Source of the DNA: Podarcis muralis | Lineage: Eukaryota | DNA: 64,000 bases | Direction of reading: 5' to 3' | Assembly (NCBI RefSeq): GCF_964188315.1 | Contig: NC_135666.1 | Location: 15,438,001-15,502,000, forward strand | Shown here: one piece after another, positions 62,745 to 64,000 of the stretch | How positions within the stretch are numbered: the first letter of the stretch is position 1 | Layout: the number at the start of each line of letters is the position of its first letter | Program-made: the position numbers and the translations under genes | The notes under the pieces: generated by a model | What the model was told of the DNA's origin: nothing | What the model saw: the letters and a program-made list of their open reading frames with translations, nothing else | Databases searched by the model: none

Positions 62745-63027
62745 TGAGTTCTCACTGAAAGGACAGATCGTGAAGCTGAGGCTCCAATACTTTGGCCACC
62801 TCATGAGAAGAGAAGACTCCCTGGAAAAGATCCTGATGTTGGGAAAGATGGAGGGCACAAGGAGAAGGGGATGGCAGAGGACGAGATGGTTGGATAGTGT
62901 TCTCGAAGCTACCAACATGAGTTTGACCAAACTGCGGGAGGCAGTGGAAGACAGGAGTGCCTGGCGTGCTCTGGTCCATGGGGTCATGAAGAGTCGGACA
63001 CGACTAAACAACTAAACAACAACAACA
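62745..63027 (+). mobile_element. Bov-B 3' fragment
   Basis: Same peptide and (AAC)n tail. 12-bp TSD AAGATTCTTAGG / AAGATTATTAGG (62733-62744 / 63028-63039). Confidence 0.9.
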
Positions 63028-63131
63028 AAGATTATTAGGAATGGTGTATGTCAGATAAAGTCCAGGATATGAGGTATTAGCTTTGACCCACATATCAGTA
63101 GCAAGAGAGAGTGACAGGCCTTCTTTCTACA

Positions 63132-63329
63132 TAGGAGCAAAGGAAACTACCTTATACTGAGTCAGACTATTGGCCCATCTAGGTTAACATTGTCTACACT
63201 GACTGGCAGTGGGTCTCCTGGGTTTCAGGCCAGCGTCTCTCCAGCCTTACCTGGAGCTGCTGGAAATTGGACCTGGGTCTTTCTGAATGCAAAGTAGTTG
63301 CTCTTCCATTGAGCTTGGGCCTTTCCCCC
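63132..63329 (-). mobile_element. Same older tRNA-derived SINE family
   Basis: Reverse-complement similarity to 53051-53622 across head, body and tail. Confidence 0.7.
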
Positions 63330-64000
63330 AAATATCCCTTCCTCCAAAATGTCAACAAGGGGGCCAAGCCTGGACTCTTCATGTGTAGTCTTTATCATTG
63401 AAGACATCTCCCCACTAAGGAGCTGATGGAACAGCAAATACAGATTGCACCTATTGCAGAATTGCTGCATTTTCTTTTTTTTTTTAGTGTTTTGCTAAGT
63501 ATAGGTCGATTTTTAAACGGATCTCTTGGGGGGGGGATATATATTACACCCCACACACGCATTATAGTATTAATTCCTCCGCTACACCATACATCGACAA
63601 GTGAATTAACGGGAGGGTGGGCACACAGCGACTTGTGAGCTACGTGGAGGGTGGCTTTCCTTTTAGACAGTGAAATAAGGACACACATGGGCAGCTAATT
63701 CTGCTGTGCCTCGTGGTGTTATGATTGCTTGGCAACAAGGGGAAATGGTATGAGAAAGTAAGAGGAGCTCAAGTGATTAAGAAGAGCGAAGAAGGAGATG
63801 ATCACATCCCCAGTTGTTTCGCCGTGGTGCTAAATTTTAAGGCACTGGATCCCTGGGGGAGGGGCTAGAAATATTTGAGAGTAGCCCAGGAAAGGGTGCT
63901 GTTTTGCCTCTTCCCAGTCTCCCCCATGCAAGTCAGTGACTCCCACTGAATTCTATGGGGCAACTATACCTGTACTGGGGTGGGGGAGACACAAAATCTA

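Noticed and set aside
40650-64000. 3' exons of LARP4B (the upstream neighbour in human synteny)
   Set aside because: I recognised no matching peptide in any frame. The gene probably lies beyond the window.

Overview
This is vertebrate genomic DNA, almost certainly from a lacertid lizard (inferred from young Sauria/Squam1, Squam2- and Squam3-type SINEs and Bov-B fragments). The only protein-coding sequence I can support is coding exon 1 of DIP2C on the minus strand (39578-39662, MADRSLESLPLPLEVRARLAELELELSE-G, GT donor), inside a ~1 kb CpG island. Positions 1-39577 are therefore DIP2C intron 1 (no exon 2 found), and positions >40.6 kb are upstream/intergenic DNA with one 157-N gap. The rest is dense with transposon debris, many copies with readable target-site duplications: SINEs, Bov-B/CR1/L2/L1 fragments, hAT and Tc1/mariner-type MITEs, and one solo LTR. 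I found no clearly new multi-gene system. Two observations stand out. (1) A 43-nt polyadenylated copy of what looks like exactly the R region of the local LTR family sits at the upstream edge of the DIP2C promoter. (2) A TSD-bounded L1 insertion has a 5'-inverted (twin-priming-like) structure. Repeat family names come from recall of consensus features, not from a database search.
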